Below are positions 18,261-27,844 of a stretch of 64,000 bases of DNA, piece by piece (positions within the stretch are counted from its first letter, which is position 1; each line of letters opens with the position of its first letter). The DNA lies in the NCBI GenBank assembly GCA_041690135.1, contig JAWLHY010000001.1:416001-480000 (forward strand). Direction: 5' to 3'. The DNA is from Armatimonadota bacterium. Lineage in GTDB: Bacteria > Armatimonadota > SYMT01. The position numbers and the translations under genes are program-made. The notes under the pieces are model-generated. The model did no database searches and was not told the origin of the DNA. It saw only the letters and a program-made list of their open reading frames with translations.

Positions 18261-19631
18261 TCATCCATCCAGCGCCGTTGCCGCCATGACCTCACGGGGA
18301 TCTTCGGCCTCGAGGCGCCACACCCGTTCGGCGAGTTGGGCGGCGCGTGCCTCGCCCAGGCGAGGAACCGCCATGCTCCGGTATTTTGCCAGCACTTCTT
18401 CGTCGGTCATCGGGTTGCGGGCGTGGCCGCGAGGGTAGGTGACCTCCCGCGTGTGGGTGTTGCCGTGCCAGAGAGCGATCTCCAGGCGGTTTGGGATACC
18501 GTCCGGATAGATCGCCGTAAGTCCCGCGTCCCGGTGGATGCTGATCTTCTGCATCAACTCCTGGACGTCGCGGCGCGCGATTCTCTCGTCGCTGAACTGT
18601 TCCAGTCCCACCATTCCATCCAGGAGTGCCACCGCCACGCAGTAAGGCATGCTGTGGTCGGCCGTCTCGCGGGTGGTGGGGTGCCACTTCTCGGGCTCGC
18701 TCCCGATGATCTCCACGGCGGCGTCGAAGCTGTGGATTTCGATTTTGCGGATGTCGCCCGTGCCGCCGTCCGGGTCGATCACCTGGTCCCGCATGGAGAG
18801 GGCCGCATCGATGGCGCTCTGGGAGTGGTATTCCGCCGGCCAGAACTTGATGGAAGTTTCCCCGATCATCGACGGCGGACCCCATTCCTCGAGCTCCAGG
18901 TTGAAGGACCCGGAAACCTGGTGGAAGAACCCCATGGGTCCTTCGAAGATCTCGTTGGGACCGGTCATCCCGAGAGAGGCGAGCCAGGCCGCGAAAACGC
19001 CGTTCCGCGCCGCGTTCGCGAAAGCGCAGCCCTTCCAGTGGGAGAGCTGCCCGACGCGCGTCTGGCGCATCGCCGCCGAGTTCACCCCGGCGAGGTTGAC
19101 CGCCTGCTCCAACTCGTGGGCCTTCAGCCCCATCAGGCGGCCCGCCGCGAGGGCCGTGGAGAAGCAGCCGTAGGTGACGTGGTCCCACCGTCGCGCGCGG
19201 ATGCTGGCGGCGTCGCAGAGGCGGCACTGGATTTCGTAGGCGAGGGCAATCGCCGCAATCAGGTCCCGCCCGCTCGCCCCCACACTTTCCGCGACCGCGA
19301 AGCAGGCCGGGATGTTGTCGCTGGGGTGCGCCGGCTCCAGCGAGAGGTAGGTATCGTTATAGTCCAGGTAGCGCACCAGGGCGCCGTTCGCGAAGGCGGC
19401 CAATTGCGGCACGGCGCTGTGGCGCACCCCCAGCACCCCCGCGCCCGGCCGCGCCTCGGCGCCGAGCGCCACCTTGCGGACGATCTGCCCGACCTCGGAG
19501 TCGTAAGCGCCATACGCGCACCCGAAAGAGTCGATGATGCGGCGCTTCACCTCATGCACCACCGCGGGTGCCAGGTCTTCGTAACGGACGGATGCGGCGT
19601 ACTCCGCCAGGCGTCGGGCCAGGGTGTTCAT
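18261..19631 (-). CDS. prpD: 2-methylcitrate dehydratase (MmgE/PrpD family)
   Basis: RYLDYNDTYL..EPAHPSDNI, WDHVT, SHWKG, PAEYHSQ, RETADHS.PY; start MNTLARR with GGAGG RBS. Confidence 0.9.
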   Translation of the reverse strand: MNTLARRLAEYAASVRYEDLAPAVVHEVKRRIIDSFGCAYGAYDSEVGQIVRKVALGAEARPGAGVLGVRHSAVPQLAAFANGALVRYLDYNDTYLSLEPAHPSDNIPACFAVAESVGASGRDLIAAIALAYEIQCRLCDAASIRARRWDHVTYGCFSTALAAGRLMGLKAHELEQAVNLAGVNSAAMRQTRVGQLSHWKGCAFANAARNGVFAAWLASLGMTGPNEIFEGPMGFFHQVSGSFNLELEEWGPPSMIGETSIKFWPAEYHSQSAIDAALSMRDQVIDPDGGTGDIRKIEIHSFDAAVEIIGSEPEKWHPTTRETADHSMPYCVAVALLDGMVGLEQFSDERIARRDVQELMQKISIHRDAGLTAIYPDGIPNRLEIALWHGNTHTREVTYPRGHARNPMTDEEVLAKYRSMAVPRLGEARAAQLAERVWRLEAEDPREVMAATALDG

Positions 19632-20063
19632 GCTGCCTCCTCTCACCCTATAGACTACCCCGGATACGGCTCCCTCCGCATGTCTCCAGGAAGGGAACCG
19701 AATTAACCGCAGAGACGCAGAGTGCGCAGAGGACACGCAGAGGAGAATGAGAAGGAGAAGGTGGGCGAGCCGCTGGATTCGAGATGGGAGTTCATGGTTA
19801 ATGGAAATGGGCAGGGTGATGGAGCGGGTCCGTGACAATCGTATTCGCGGTGTGCAAGCAGGTTCCCCCAGGATTGGGGGGTAGGGGGCCGAAAGGGCCG
19901 AAGTCCGTACATGCCAAGGGAAGAAACGAGCGAGTTCTGCCCCGGCCATCCTTATACTAATCCTGGTCCTCGTCCTAATCCGCGAAGCCCAAGTTGTGGC
20001 CAGAACATTCATTATCCTTATCTTTATCCGTACGATCCTAATCCGCGAAGCCCAGGGGAATGT

Positions 20064-21242
20064 ATGCTATCAAAGCGAATGGGGCGGGTGACCGCCTCGG
20101 CCATTATGGAGTTGATCAAAACGACGGCGGCGGGCGACTACATCTCCTTCGCCAGCGGCCTTCCGGACCCCGCCCTTTACCCGGTGGAGCGCCTGCGGGA
20201 GCTGACGGACGAGGTGCTGAGCACCGACGGCCGCGCGGCCCTGCAGTATGGCCCGGCCGAGGGGTACGCCCCCCTTCGCGCCTTCGTGGCGGAGATGCTG
20301 ACCCGGCGCGGTCTTCCTTCGACCCCGGAGGAGATCCTCATCACTAGCGGGTCCCAACAGGGACTGGATCTGGCGGCACGCGCGCTGCTCGATTCCGGCG
20401 ACCGGGTGGTGCTGGAGAGCCCCTCGTACCTGGCCGCCATCCAGGTCTTCGACACGCTGGAAGCCGAGTACCGGACGATCCCGCTCGATGCTGACGGGAT
20501 GGTCACCGAGGCGCTGCCGCGGGCCCTGGCCGACCGACCGAAGCTGGTCTACACGCTGCCGAACTTTCAGAACCCCACCGGCCTCACCATGACCCGGGAG
20601 CGCCGGCAGGACCTGGCGGAAGCGGCCGCCGCAGCCGGCGTGGCGGTGATCGAAGACGACGCCTACCACGATCTCCGCTTCGAAGGCGAGGCCCTGCCCC
20701 CGGTGTGCGCCCTGGCGGCGAACCCGTGGACCGTCTATACGGGAACGTTCAGCAAAACGGTCGCGCCCGGCCTGCGGGTCGGCTACCTCCGCGCTCCCGC
20801 CGCGTTGGTGGAGCGCCTGGCACAGCTCAAACAGGTCACCGATCTGCACACCGGGTCGCTCACACAGCGGGTGGTCTACCGCTACTGCGAGCGGGGCTAC
20901 CTGGAGCCGGGGATCCGGGCCTTCTGCGACAGCTATCGCGAGCGCCGGGACGTACTCCTGGGGGCGCTCGAAGCTCACTTCCCGTCATCCGTCTCCTGGA
21001 CTCGGCCTCGAGGCGGGATGTTCGTGTTCGTTACGCTTCCGGAGGGGCGGGATGCCACGGAGCTTCTCCGCCGGTCGATGGAGCAGGGTGTGGTGTTCGT
21101 GCCGGGGGCCAGCTTCTTCCCGGATGCAGCGGAGGGGAAAGGCGCCAATACCTTCCGACTGAACTTCGTGAGCGCGAGTGGGGAACGCATCCGCGAGGGG
21201 GTGCGCATCCTGGGGGAGGTGATCCGCACGTGGACCGCATGA
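20064..21242 (+). CDS. PLP-dependent aminotransferase class I (LysN/MocR-like, no HTH)
   Basis: ISFASGLPDP, LQYG..EG, GSQQGLDL, PNFQNPTG, EDDAY, GTFSKTVAPGLRVG. Confidence 0.9.
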   Translation: MLSKRMGRVTASAIMELIKTTAAGDYISFASGLPDPALYPVERLRELTDEVLSTDGRAALQYGPAEGYAPLRAFVAEMLTRRGLPSTPEEILITSGSQQGLDLAARALLDSGDRVVLESPSYLAAIQVFDTLEAEYRTIPLDADGMVTEALPRALADRPKLVYTLPNFQNPTGLTMTRERRQDLAEAAAAAGVAVIEDDAYHDLRFEGEALPPVCALAANPWTVYTGTFSKTVAPGLRVGYLRAPAALVERLAQLKQVTDLHTGSLTQRVVYRYCERGYLEPGIRAFCDSYRERRDVLLGALEAHFPSSVSWTRPRGGMFVFVTLPEGRDATELLRRSMEQGVVFVPGASFFPDAAEGKGANTFRLNFVSASGERIREGVRILGEVIRTWTA

Positions 21243-22207
21243 TTCTGGAGGGGATTTCCGGCGTGGCGCGGTCGGCGGTGGAAACCATCGGCCAGACGCC
21301 CCTGGTCGCGCTGGAGCGGCTGTGCGAGGGGCTTCCCGGCGTGGTCCTGGCTAAGCTCGAAAGCTTCAGCCCCGGCGGCAGCGTGAAGGACCGGGTCGCG
21401 CGCCGGATGGTCGAAGAGGCGGAGCGGACCGGCCGTCTCCGTCCCGGCGGCGCCATCGTCGAGTTGACCAGCGGCAATACCGGCATCGGCCTCGCCATTG
21501 TGGCGGCGGTGAAAGGCTACCGGTTCTATGCGGTGATGTCCGAGGGCAACAGCATCGAGCGCCGGCGCATCCTGCAGGCGTTCGGAGCGGAGGTGGTGCT
21601 GGTCCCCCAGGCCCCCGGCGGCGTCCCCGGCCAGGTGAGCGGCGAGGACCTGGCTCTCGTCGAGCAACGCGCCGCGGAGTTAACCGCGGAGCTCAACGCC
21701 TTCCGTCCCGACCAGTTCGGCAACCTCTCGAACGTGGAGGTGCACACCCGGACCACCGGTCCCGAAATCTGGGAGCAGAGCGGCGGCTGGGTCGACTACT
21801 GGGTCGCCTCCATCGGCACCGCCGGCACGTTCACCGGCGTAGCCCGCGCGCTGAAGGAGCGGAACTCCGAGGTCCGGTGCTATGCCGCCGAACCAGCCGG
21901 CGCCGCGGTCCTGGCGGGTCGGGAAGTCACCAACACCGCCCATAAGATCCAGGGGACCGGTTACAACATGCTCCCGCCCCTCTGGGACCCCACCCTTTGC
22001 GACGGCTTCATCTCCGTGACCGACGAGGACGCGGTCCGCACTGCCCAGCAACTGGCCGCGCGCGAAGGCATCCTCGGCGGCTTCTCCAGCGGCGCCAATG
22101 TCTGGGCCGCCCTGCAACTTGCCAGGGAAGTGCGTCCCGGACAGCTCATCGCCACCGTTTGCCCGGACACCGGGCTGAAGTACCTGTCCACGGATCTGTT
22201 CGGGTAG
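21239..22207 (+). CDS. Cysteine synthase family (PLP, fold type II)
   Basis: IGQTPLV.L, KLESFSPGGSVKDR, ELTSGNTGIGLA, GTAGT, HKIQG, SSGAN, PDTGLKYLST; ATGA overlap with upstream gene. Confidence 0.9.
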   Translation: MILEGISGVARSAVETIGQTPLVALERLCEGLPGVVLAKLESFSPGGSVKDRVARRMVEEAERTGRLRPGGAIVELTSGNTGIGLAIVAAVKGYRFYAVMSEGNSIERRRILQAFGAEVVLVPQAPGGVPGQVSGEDLALVEQRAAELTAELNAFRPDQFGNLSNVEVHTRTTGPEIWEQSGGWVDYWVASIGTAGTFTGVARALKERNSEVRCYAAEPAGAAVLAGREVTNTAHKIQGTGYNMLPPLWDPTLCDGFISVTDEDAVRTAQQLAAREGILGGFSSGANVWAALQLAREVRPGQLIATVCPDTGLKYLSTDLFG

Positions 22208-22486
22208 GGCATTCAGGCTTTCAGGCGGTGAGGCAGGTGATTCGCGAATTGGACGAATGGAGCGAATGGCGATGGAGCGGGTGGTCAGGTGTTCGGGAGT
22301 TCAGGCAACAGGCCCCGGTCGTCATCGCGGACGTCCCCGCGCGCAGATCCGGTACGGTTCCCCGAACGTCCGGAGGACGTCTAACCAGCGAGGGATTTCC
22401 AATCCCTCGCTTCCCCTTGCTCGTCCGAGGCGTTTCCAATTCCTCGAAGGCCCCCGGACACGCCCCTCCTTATCCTCATCTTCATC

Positions 22487-23764
22487 CTAATCCGTCTCGG
22501 CGGGGGGTATCGGCTTGCCCTGGGGATCCCGCTCGGGATGGCGGACGGCGGCATCAATGGCGGCGGTGACGGCGGGGGGGATGTGGTGTTCCACGCGGTC
22601 GGCGGCGGCGTGGAGGTGATCGTCGGGGTAGCCCAGTTCGCTCAGGTGCGTCTCGTAGAGGCGGTGGCGGCGGAGGAACTCCGTGGCGCGGGCGAGACCG
22701 GTGGGGGTGAGAACGAACCCGTCGCCGGAGCGGGCGAGCATCCCGAACCGCTCCAGACGGCGCGCGACGTTGGTGGCCTCGGTGGGGAGCCAGCCCTGGC
22801 CGCTGCTAATGTCGCGAGCGGAGAAGGGACCATCGGCTGCGACTTCCCGTCGCCGGACGGCCCAGAGGAGCAGGTCCTCTTCCGCCACCCGCTTGCGGAG
22901 GCGCTGCCGGGCGAGGGTGCGGATCAGCACACCGTGGCTGGGGGAGAAGAAGAACGCCGCGGCGAAGAGCACCCCGCACACGGCGGCCATGGCGCCGGCG
23001 ATGGAGCAGTCCAGCCGCTGCGCGATGAAGTAGCCGAAGACGGACGAGAGGATGCCGACGCCAATGGCGATACCCAGCATCCGCTCCAGGCGGTCGGTAA
23101 GCAGGTAGGCGGTAGCGCCGGGGACGATCAGCATCGCCACCACGAGGATGGCGCCCACGCTCTCGAAGGCACCCACGGTGGTGACGGAGACCAACCCCAT
23201 CAACAGGTAGTGCATCACCGGGACGTTGATGCCGACGGCGGCGGCCATCGCCGGGTCGAAGGAGCAGAGCTTCAGCTCTTTGTAGAGCATCCCAACCACG
23301 AGCAGGTTGAGGAGGGCGAGCCCACCGTTCACCCACACCGCTCGCGGCCCCAGTTCCACCATGCCGACCTTCAGGATATCGAAGGGCGTGTAGAGGATCT
23401 CCCCGTAGAGCACGCACTCCAGGTCGAGGTCCACGTCCCCGGCGAAGAGGGAGACGAGAACCACCCCAAGCGCGAAGAGGGAGGTGAAGGTCACGCCGAT
23501 CGCTGCATCTCCCTGCACGCCGCCCTGAGCGAGAGACTGGACGAAGAACGTGGTGAGCAGCCCCACGATCACGGCGCCCACGAACAACGGCAGCACCGCC
23601 CGGCTACTGGTGGCGAGGAACGCGCCCACGATGCCGAGCAGCAGGGCGTGGCTCAGCGCGTCCCCCAGCATCGCCAGCCGCCGGAGCACCAGAAAGCACC
23701 CCAGGAAGCCGCAAGAAGCGGCAACCAGGCAGCCCGTGAGTATGATCCATCCTCCGGCAGTCAT
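22487..23764 (-). CDS. Mn/Zn/Fe ABC permease (MntD/TroD-like) with C-terminal DtxR-like domain
   Basis: LGCFLVLRRLAMLGDALSHA, YKELKLCSFD, VGAILVVAMLIVP; C-terminal RRHRLYE...ADRVEHH...DPQGKPIP. Confidence 0.9.
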   Translation of the reverse strand: MTAGGWIILTGCLVAASCGFLGCFLVLRRLAMLGDALSHALLLGIVGAFLATSSRAVLPLFVGAVIVGLLTTFFVQSLAQGGVQGDAAIGVTFTSLFALGVVLVSLFAGDVDLDLECVLYGEILYTPFDILKVGMVELGPRAVWVNGGLALLNLLVVGMLYKELKLCSFDPAMAAAVGINVPVMHYLLMGLVSVTTVGAFESVGAILVVAMLIVPGATAYLLTDRLERMLGIAIGVGILSSVFGYFIAQRLDCSIAGAMAAVCGVLFAAAFFFSPSHGVLIRTLARQRLRKRVAEEDLLLWAVRRREVAADGPFSARDISSGQGWLPTEATNVARRLERFGMLARSGDGFVLTPTGLARATEFLRRHRLYETHLSELGYPDDHLHAAADRVEHHIPPAVTAAIDAAVRHPERDPQGKPIPPAETD

Positions 23765-23879
23765 TCCGTTTCACTCATTCTGTAGTGGGTGGAGAAGCAC
23801 ACCGGTAGGGAAGTAGGGAGGTTTGTTGGTATGGAAGTGCGGCCGAAGGGTGGTACGGAGCCGGCCGGTAGATCCGCTG

Positions 23880-23951
23880 CCGCCACACTCCCACACTCCC
23901 ACCCCCCCCCACACCCCCATACTCCCACACCCCCATACTCCCACACCCCCA
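23880..23951. repeat. Octamer tandem repeat CCCACACT/CCCATACT/CCCACACC
   Basis: About 8 imperfect octamers between the two permease genes; reverse complement of the 15232 octamers. Confidence 0.75.
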
Positions 23952-25247
23952 TCACCGCGTCGGATGCACGCTCGGCGGCAGCTCCAACGTGCGGCCGTGG
24001 AGCTGCAGCAGCCGCTCCAGCTCGTCGATCAGCTCGCGGGGGAGGTGATGCTCCACGAAGTCCGCGTCGCGGTCCACATGGTCCGCGCCGAGTTGCCCCT
24101 CGTGCATCAGGAACATCTCCCATAACCGGTGCTTGCGGACGATCTCGTATGCCGCTTCCCGGCCGGCTTCCGTAAGCCGGTGCCCTCCCTCGGCGGCGGC
24201 GACCAGCCCTTCTCGCTGCAGGCGCTGCATCAGTGTGGTGACGGTACCGCCGGACCACGAACGGTGGCGCAGCAGCTCCTCCGCGGTGATGATCACCTCC
24301 CACGAGCCGGCCGCCTCGGCAATCTCGTAGATGGAGCGAAGGGCGTTCTCCCGGCCGACCTGGGAGCGCAGCGCCACGAGCCGCAGCAGCTTGCCGAGCA
24401 GCCCCCGGCGCGGGGCCAGGATCAGGGAGATCAGGAAGAAGACGGTGGCCGCCAGCACGATCAGGGGTCCCGTCGGCATGCGCGGGGCCACGGTGCTGAG
24501 CAGGGTGCCGAGCGCGCCGGAGAGGCCGCCGAAAACGCCCGCCAGGATCACCATCACGTTGAGGCGGTCGGTCCAGAACCGCGCGGCGGCGGTGGGCGTG
24601 ATGAGCATGGCGGCCATCAGCACCACCCCCACGGCCTGGAGACCAATCACCACGGCGAGGGAGATCAGCAGCATCAGCAGACCATCGAGGAGGGTGGTGG
24701 GGAAGCCGAGACCCCGCGCGAAGTCGGCGTCGAAGCAAAGGAGCTTGAACTCCTTGAACAGGGCCAGGGAGGCGAGGCAGACGACCGCCGCGCAAACCGC
24801 CATCACCTGCACGTCTCGCCCGATGAGCGAGGCAGCCTGCCCGAACACGAACTTGTCCAGGCCCGCCTGGCTGCTCTGCTGCGAGTGCTGAATGAGGGTG
24901 AGCAGCACGATCCCGAAGCCGAAGAAGACGGAGAGGACGATGCCGAGGGCGGCATCCTCTTTGATGCGTGAATAGCGGGTGATCCCCTGGATGCAGGCGG
25001 CGCCGATCAGTCCGGCAATGAGAGCCCCGGTGAGGAGCACGCCGAGCGCCCGGTTCCCCGTGAGCAGGAAGGCCACGCAAACACCCGGGAGCGCGGCATG
25101 CGCCAGCGCGTCGCCCATCAGGCTGCGGCGCCGCAGCAGCGCGAAACTGCCGAGCACTCCGCCACTGATGCCCAGCAGCACGCAGCCGGTCAGCACCCAG
25201 CGGGTGTTGACGTCCGCGACCCACTGCATCAGCCACTCACCGTTCAT
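23952..25247 (-). CDS. Mn/Zn/Fe ABC permease (MntC/TroC-like) with C-terminal DtxR-like domain
   Basis: LGSFALLRRRSLMGDALAHAALPG, RIKEDAA, FKEFKLLCFD; C-terminal IVRKHRLWEMFL...DADFVEHHL; start overlaps the ATPase stop (ATGA). Confidence 0.9.
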   Translation of the reverse strand: MNGEWLMQWVADVNTRWVLTGCVLLGISGGVLGSFALLRRRSLMGDALAHAALPGVCVAFLLTGNRALGVLLTGALIAGLIGAACIQGITRYSRIKEDAALGIVLSVFFGFGIVLLTLIQHSQQSSQAGLDKFVFGQAASLIGRDVQVMAVCAAVVCLASLALFKEFKLLCFDADFARGLGFPTTLLDGLLMLLISLAVVIGLQAVGVVLMAAMLITPTAAARFWTDRLNVMVILAGVFGGLSGALGTLLSTVAPRMPTGPLIVLAATVFFLISLILAPRRGLLGKLLRLVALRSQVGRENALRSIYEIAEAAGSWEVIITAEELLRHRSWSGGTVTTLMQRLQREGLVAAAEGGHRLTEAGREAAYEIVRKHRLWEMFLMHEGQLGADHVDRDADFVEHHLPRELIDELERLLQLHGRTLELPPSVHPTR

Positions 25248-26059
25248 GGCCTTCTCCCCGGCAGGTCCCGGCTGACGGCCTCGGCGACCTCGCTCACGAT
25301 GTTCAGGCGGCCGCCGTAGGTCTTGTTCAGGTTCTCGCGGGTGAAGACTTCGGCGGTTGGGCCGACGGCGATCTGCCGCATGTTGAGCATGATCACCCAG
25401 TCGAAGTACTCCGGTACCGTCTGCAGGTCGTGGTGGACCACCAGCACCGTGCGGCGCTGGGACTTGAGCTCCTGCAGCAGCGTGATGATCGCCTTCTCCG
25501 TGGCGGCATCCACCCCCGCGAACGGCTCGTCCATGAAGTAGAGGCGGGCGTCCTGGGCCAGGGCGCGCGCCAGGAAAACGCGCTGCTGCTGGCCGCCGGA
25601 AAGCTGGCTGATCTGCCGGCCGGCGTAGTCCGCCATGCCGACCTTTTTGAGGCAGTCCATCGCGATGTCGCGGTCGCCCCGGCCCGGTCGCTTGAACCAA
25701 CCCAGGTGGCCGTAGCGACCCATCATCACCACGTCGAGGGCGTCGGTGGGGAAGTCCCAATCGACCGACTCCCGCTGCGGAACGTAGCCGATCAACTTCC
25801 GCTGGCGCTGGTACGGCTGGCCGTAGATCTTCACCCAACCCGAGGCGAGCGGGACGAGACCCAGGGCCGCCTTGATCAGCGTCGATTTCCCGGCCCCGTT
25901 CGGCCCGACGATCCCGATCAACTGCCCTTCCGGAACCGAGAAGTCGATATCCCAGAGCACCGGGCGCCGCTGGTAGGCCACGGTGAGGTCGTGGACCTCC
26001 AGGGGCGGAGCAGTTTCGGATGCGACTTTTTTCACCACGGCGTCATGCTGTGCGAGCAT
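25244..26059 (-). CDS. Metal ABC transporter ATP-binding protein (MntB/TroB-like)
   Basis: GPNGAGKST, YVPQRESVDWDFP, LSGGQQQRVFLARAL, MDEPFAGVD, VHHDL. Confidence 0.93.
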   Translation of the reverse strand: MLAQHDAVVKKVASETAPPLEVHDLTVAYQRRPVLWDIDFSVPEGQLIGIVGPNGAGKSTLIKAALGLVPLASGWVKIYGQPYQRQRKLIGYVPQRESVDWDFPTDALDVVMMGRYGHLGWFKRPGRGDRDIAMDCLKKVGMADYAGRQISQLSGGQQQRVFLARALAQDARLYFMDEPFAGVDAATEKAIITLLQELKSQRRTVLVVHHDLQTVPEYFDWVIMLNMRQIAVGPTAEVFTRENLNKTYGGRLNIVSEVAEAVSRDLPGRRP

Positions 26060-26085
26060 GCCTGACCTTTGAACTTCCATAAGGA

Positions 26086-26171
26086 GCGCAGTGCAACTGC
26101 GCACGAATGTTGGTCCTGCAGTGCAACTGCAGGACATCGGGGCGAGCGCGCAGTGCAACTGCAGGACATCC
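26086..26171. repeat. Three GCAGTGCAACTGC mini-hairpins
   Basis: GCAGT-GCA-ACTGC repeated three times between the binding-protein and ATPase genes. Confidence 0.7.
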
Positions 26172-26197
26172 AACTGCGGCTGACCAACAGCCTCGGA

Positions 26198-27172
26198 CTA
26201 CTTGAGGGCCTGGACGATCGTTTCGACGTTGTGGCGGACCATGCCGGGGTAGGTCCCGGCCGGGGTGCCCGGCTCGCCCATGGCGTCGGAGAAGAGCTCG
26301 CCGCCGATGACGACGGGATGGCCCTGCGCCTTGCAGCCCTCGACCACCGCCTCGATGGAGCGCTTAGGCACGCTCGACTCGACGAAGACGGCCTTCACAC
26401 CGCGCGAGGTGATCAGCTCCACCATGCGCCGGATGTCTTCCACGCCGTACTCGCTGGAGGTGCTGATGCCCTGGAGGCCCACCACCTCGATGCCGTAGGC
26501 CCGGCTGAAGTAGCCGAAGGCGTCGTGGGCCGTTGCCAGGATCCGCTGTCGTTCCGGAATGGAGGAGATCTGCTCCTTGCACCAGCCGTGCAACTCCTGG
26601 AGCTCGGCCCGGTACTTGTCGCCGTTGTCCGCGTAGAGCGACTTGTTCGAGGGGTCGAGCTCGGAGAGCGCCGCGACCACCGGCGGGATCGTCTGCGACC
26701 AGAGCTCCACGTCGAACCAGATGTGGGGGTCGTAGTGGCCCTGGAACTCCGGCGGCTCGCGCAGCAGCTTGGAATCGATGGCCTCGGATACGGCGACCGT
26801 GGGCTTGCTGCGGGCCATCTTGACGAAGATATCTCCCATCTTGCCTTCCAGCAGGAGGCCGTTGTAGAGGATCACATCAGCCTCGGTCAGTCGGGCGATG
26901 TCCCCCTGGGACGCCTTGTAAAGATGGGGGTCGACGCCGGCGCCCATGAGTTGCGTCACCTCGACCCGCTCGCCGCCGACCCGCCGGGCCGTATCGGCGA
27001 CCATCCCCACGGTGGCCGTGACCCGGATCTTACGGCCCGCCAGGTCCCCGGTAGAGCCCTGCGAGCGTGCAGCGTTGCCGGTCTCACACCCGGAAAGTAC
27101 TGCGGCGGTGCCGGCTAGCGCCCCGCCCAGGGTGAGGAGGAGGGTCCGGTGGATCAACTCTCTCCGTTGCAT
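26198..27172 (-). CDS. Metal ABC transporter substrate-binding lipoprotein (MntA/TroA-like), Tat-like signal
   Basis: MQRRELI...LSGC lipobox; GVDPHLY, DPHIWFD, TAHDAFGYF, ELFSDAMG. Confidence 0.93.
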   Translation of the reverse strand: MQRRELIHRTLLLTLGGALAGTAAVLSGCETGNAARSQGSTGDLAGRKIRVTATVGMVADTARRVGGERVEVTQLMGAGVDPHLYKASQGDIARLTEADVILYNGLLLEGKMGDIFVKMARSKPTVAVSEAIDSKLLREPPEFQGHYDPHIWFDVELWSQTIPPVVAALSELDPSNKSLYADNGDKYRAELQELHGWCKEQISSIPERQRILATAHDAFGYFSRAYGIEVVGLQGISTSSEYGVEDIRRMVELITSRGVKAVFVESSVPKRSIEAVVEGCKAQGHPVVIGGELFSDAMGEPGTPAGTYPGMVRHNVETIVQALK

Positions 27173-27831
27173 TCGTCATCCTTTCGCGACACAAAAATGT
27201 TGCCGGCCAGCTCGCGGCCGATCGCGTGCTCGGTATCGGAGACCCGCACCCGCAGGGGTCCGCCGAACGGCTCCTTGTGGAGCATCTCCACCTGCGTGGA
27301 GGGGTAGAGGCCAAGCCGCCCCATGTAGCGGAGCATCTCCGGGTCCCCGTCCGTCACCCGGCGGATCACCCCGCTTTGCCCCGGCTCCAGCTCCGCCAGC
27401 GTGCCGTGGCGTCGGTTGTCCACCACCCCCTCCTTGGTGGGGATCGGGTCGCCGTGCGGGTCATGCGTGGGAAAGCCCAGGAACTCGTCGATCCGGTCTT
27501 CGAACTCCTCGGAGATCACGTGCTCCAGCTTCTCGGCCTCTGCGTCCACCTGGTCCCAGGTGTAGCCGAGTGCCTCCATCAGGTACGCCTCCAGGAGGCG
27601 GTGATGGCGGATCACCTCCAGGGCGATCTTCTCCCCGGCGGAGGTCAGCGCCAGCTCCTGGCTCCGGCCGTAGTTGACGAGCTTCAACTCCTGGAGTCGC
27701 CGTAGCATTTTGGTGACGGCGGCGGGAGATACCTCGAGCCGGTCGGCCAGCATGGAGGGCGTGACCCGCTCTTCCGCGAGCGAGAGCTTGTAGATGGCTT
27801 TCAGATAGTCCTGGGCGGCTGCGCCGAGCAT
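27154..27831 (-). CDS. DtxR/MntR-family metal-dependent repressor with FeoA/SH3 domain
   Basis: QDYLKAIY, IRHHRLLE.YL, EAEKLEHVIS, DPHGDPIP, C-terminal FeoA-like GLYP....EPFGGP. Confidence 0.93.
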   Translation of the reverse strand: MLGAAAQDYLKAIYKLSLAEERVTPSMLADRLEVSPAAVTKMLRRLQELKLVNYGRSQELALTSAGEKIALEVIRHHRLLEAYLMEALGYTWDQVDAEAEKLEHVISEEFEDRIDEFLGFPTHDPHGDPIPTKEGVVDNRRHGTLAELEPGQSGVIRRVTDGDPEMLRYMGRLGLYPSTQVEMLHKEPFGGPLRVRVSDTEHAIGRELAGNIFVSRKDDECNGES

Positions 27832-27844
27832 GGAACGGGTGTCC

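Noticed and set aside
18261-22207. N-terminal extensions in track ORFs 18261..20012, 19911..21242 and 20705..22207
   Set aside because: They run through intergenic repeats or overlap other genes; family homology begins at 19631, 20064 and 21239.
23761-25236. 491-aa alternative-frame ORF across the permease and octamer repeats
   Set aside because: Out-of-frame overlap with the MntC-like gene; low-complexity Arg/Gly/Pro translation.
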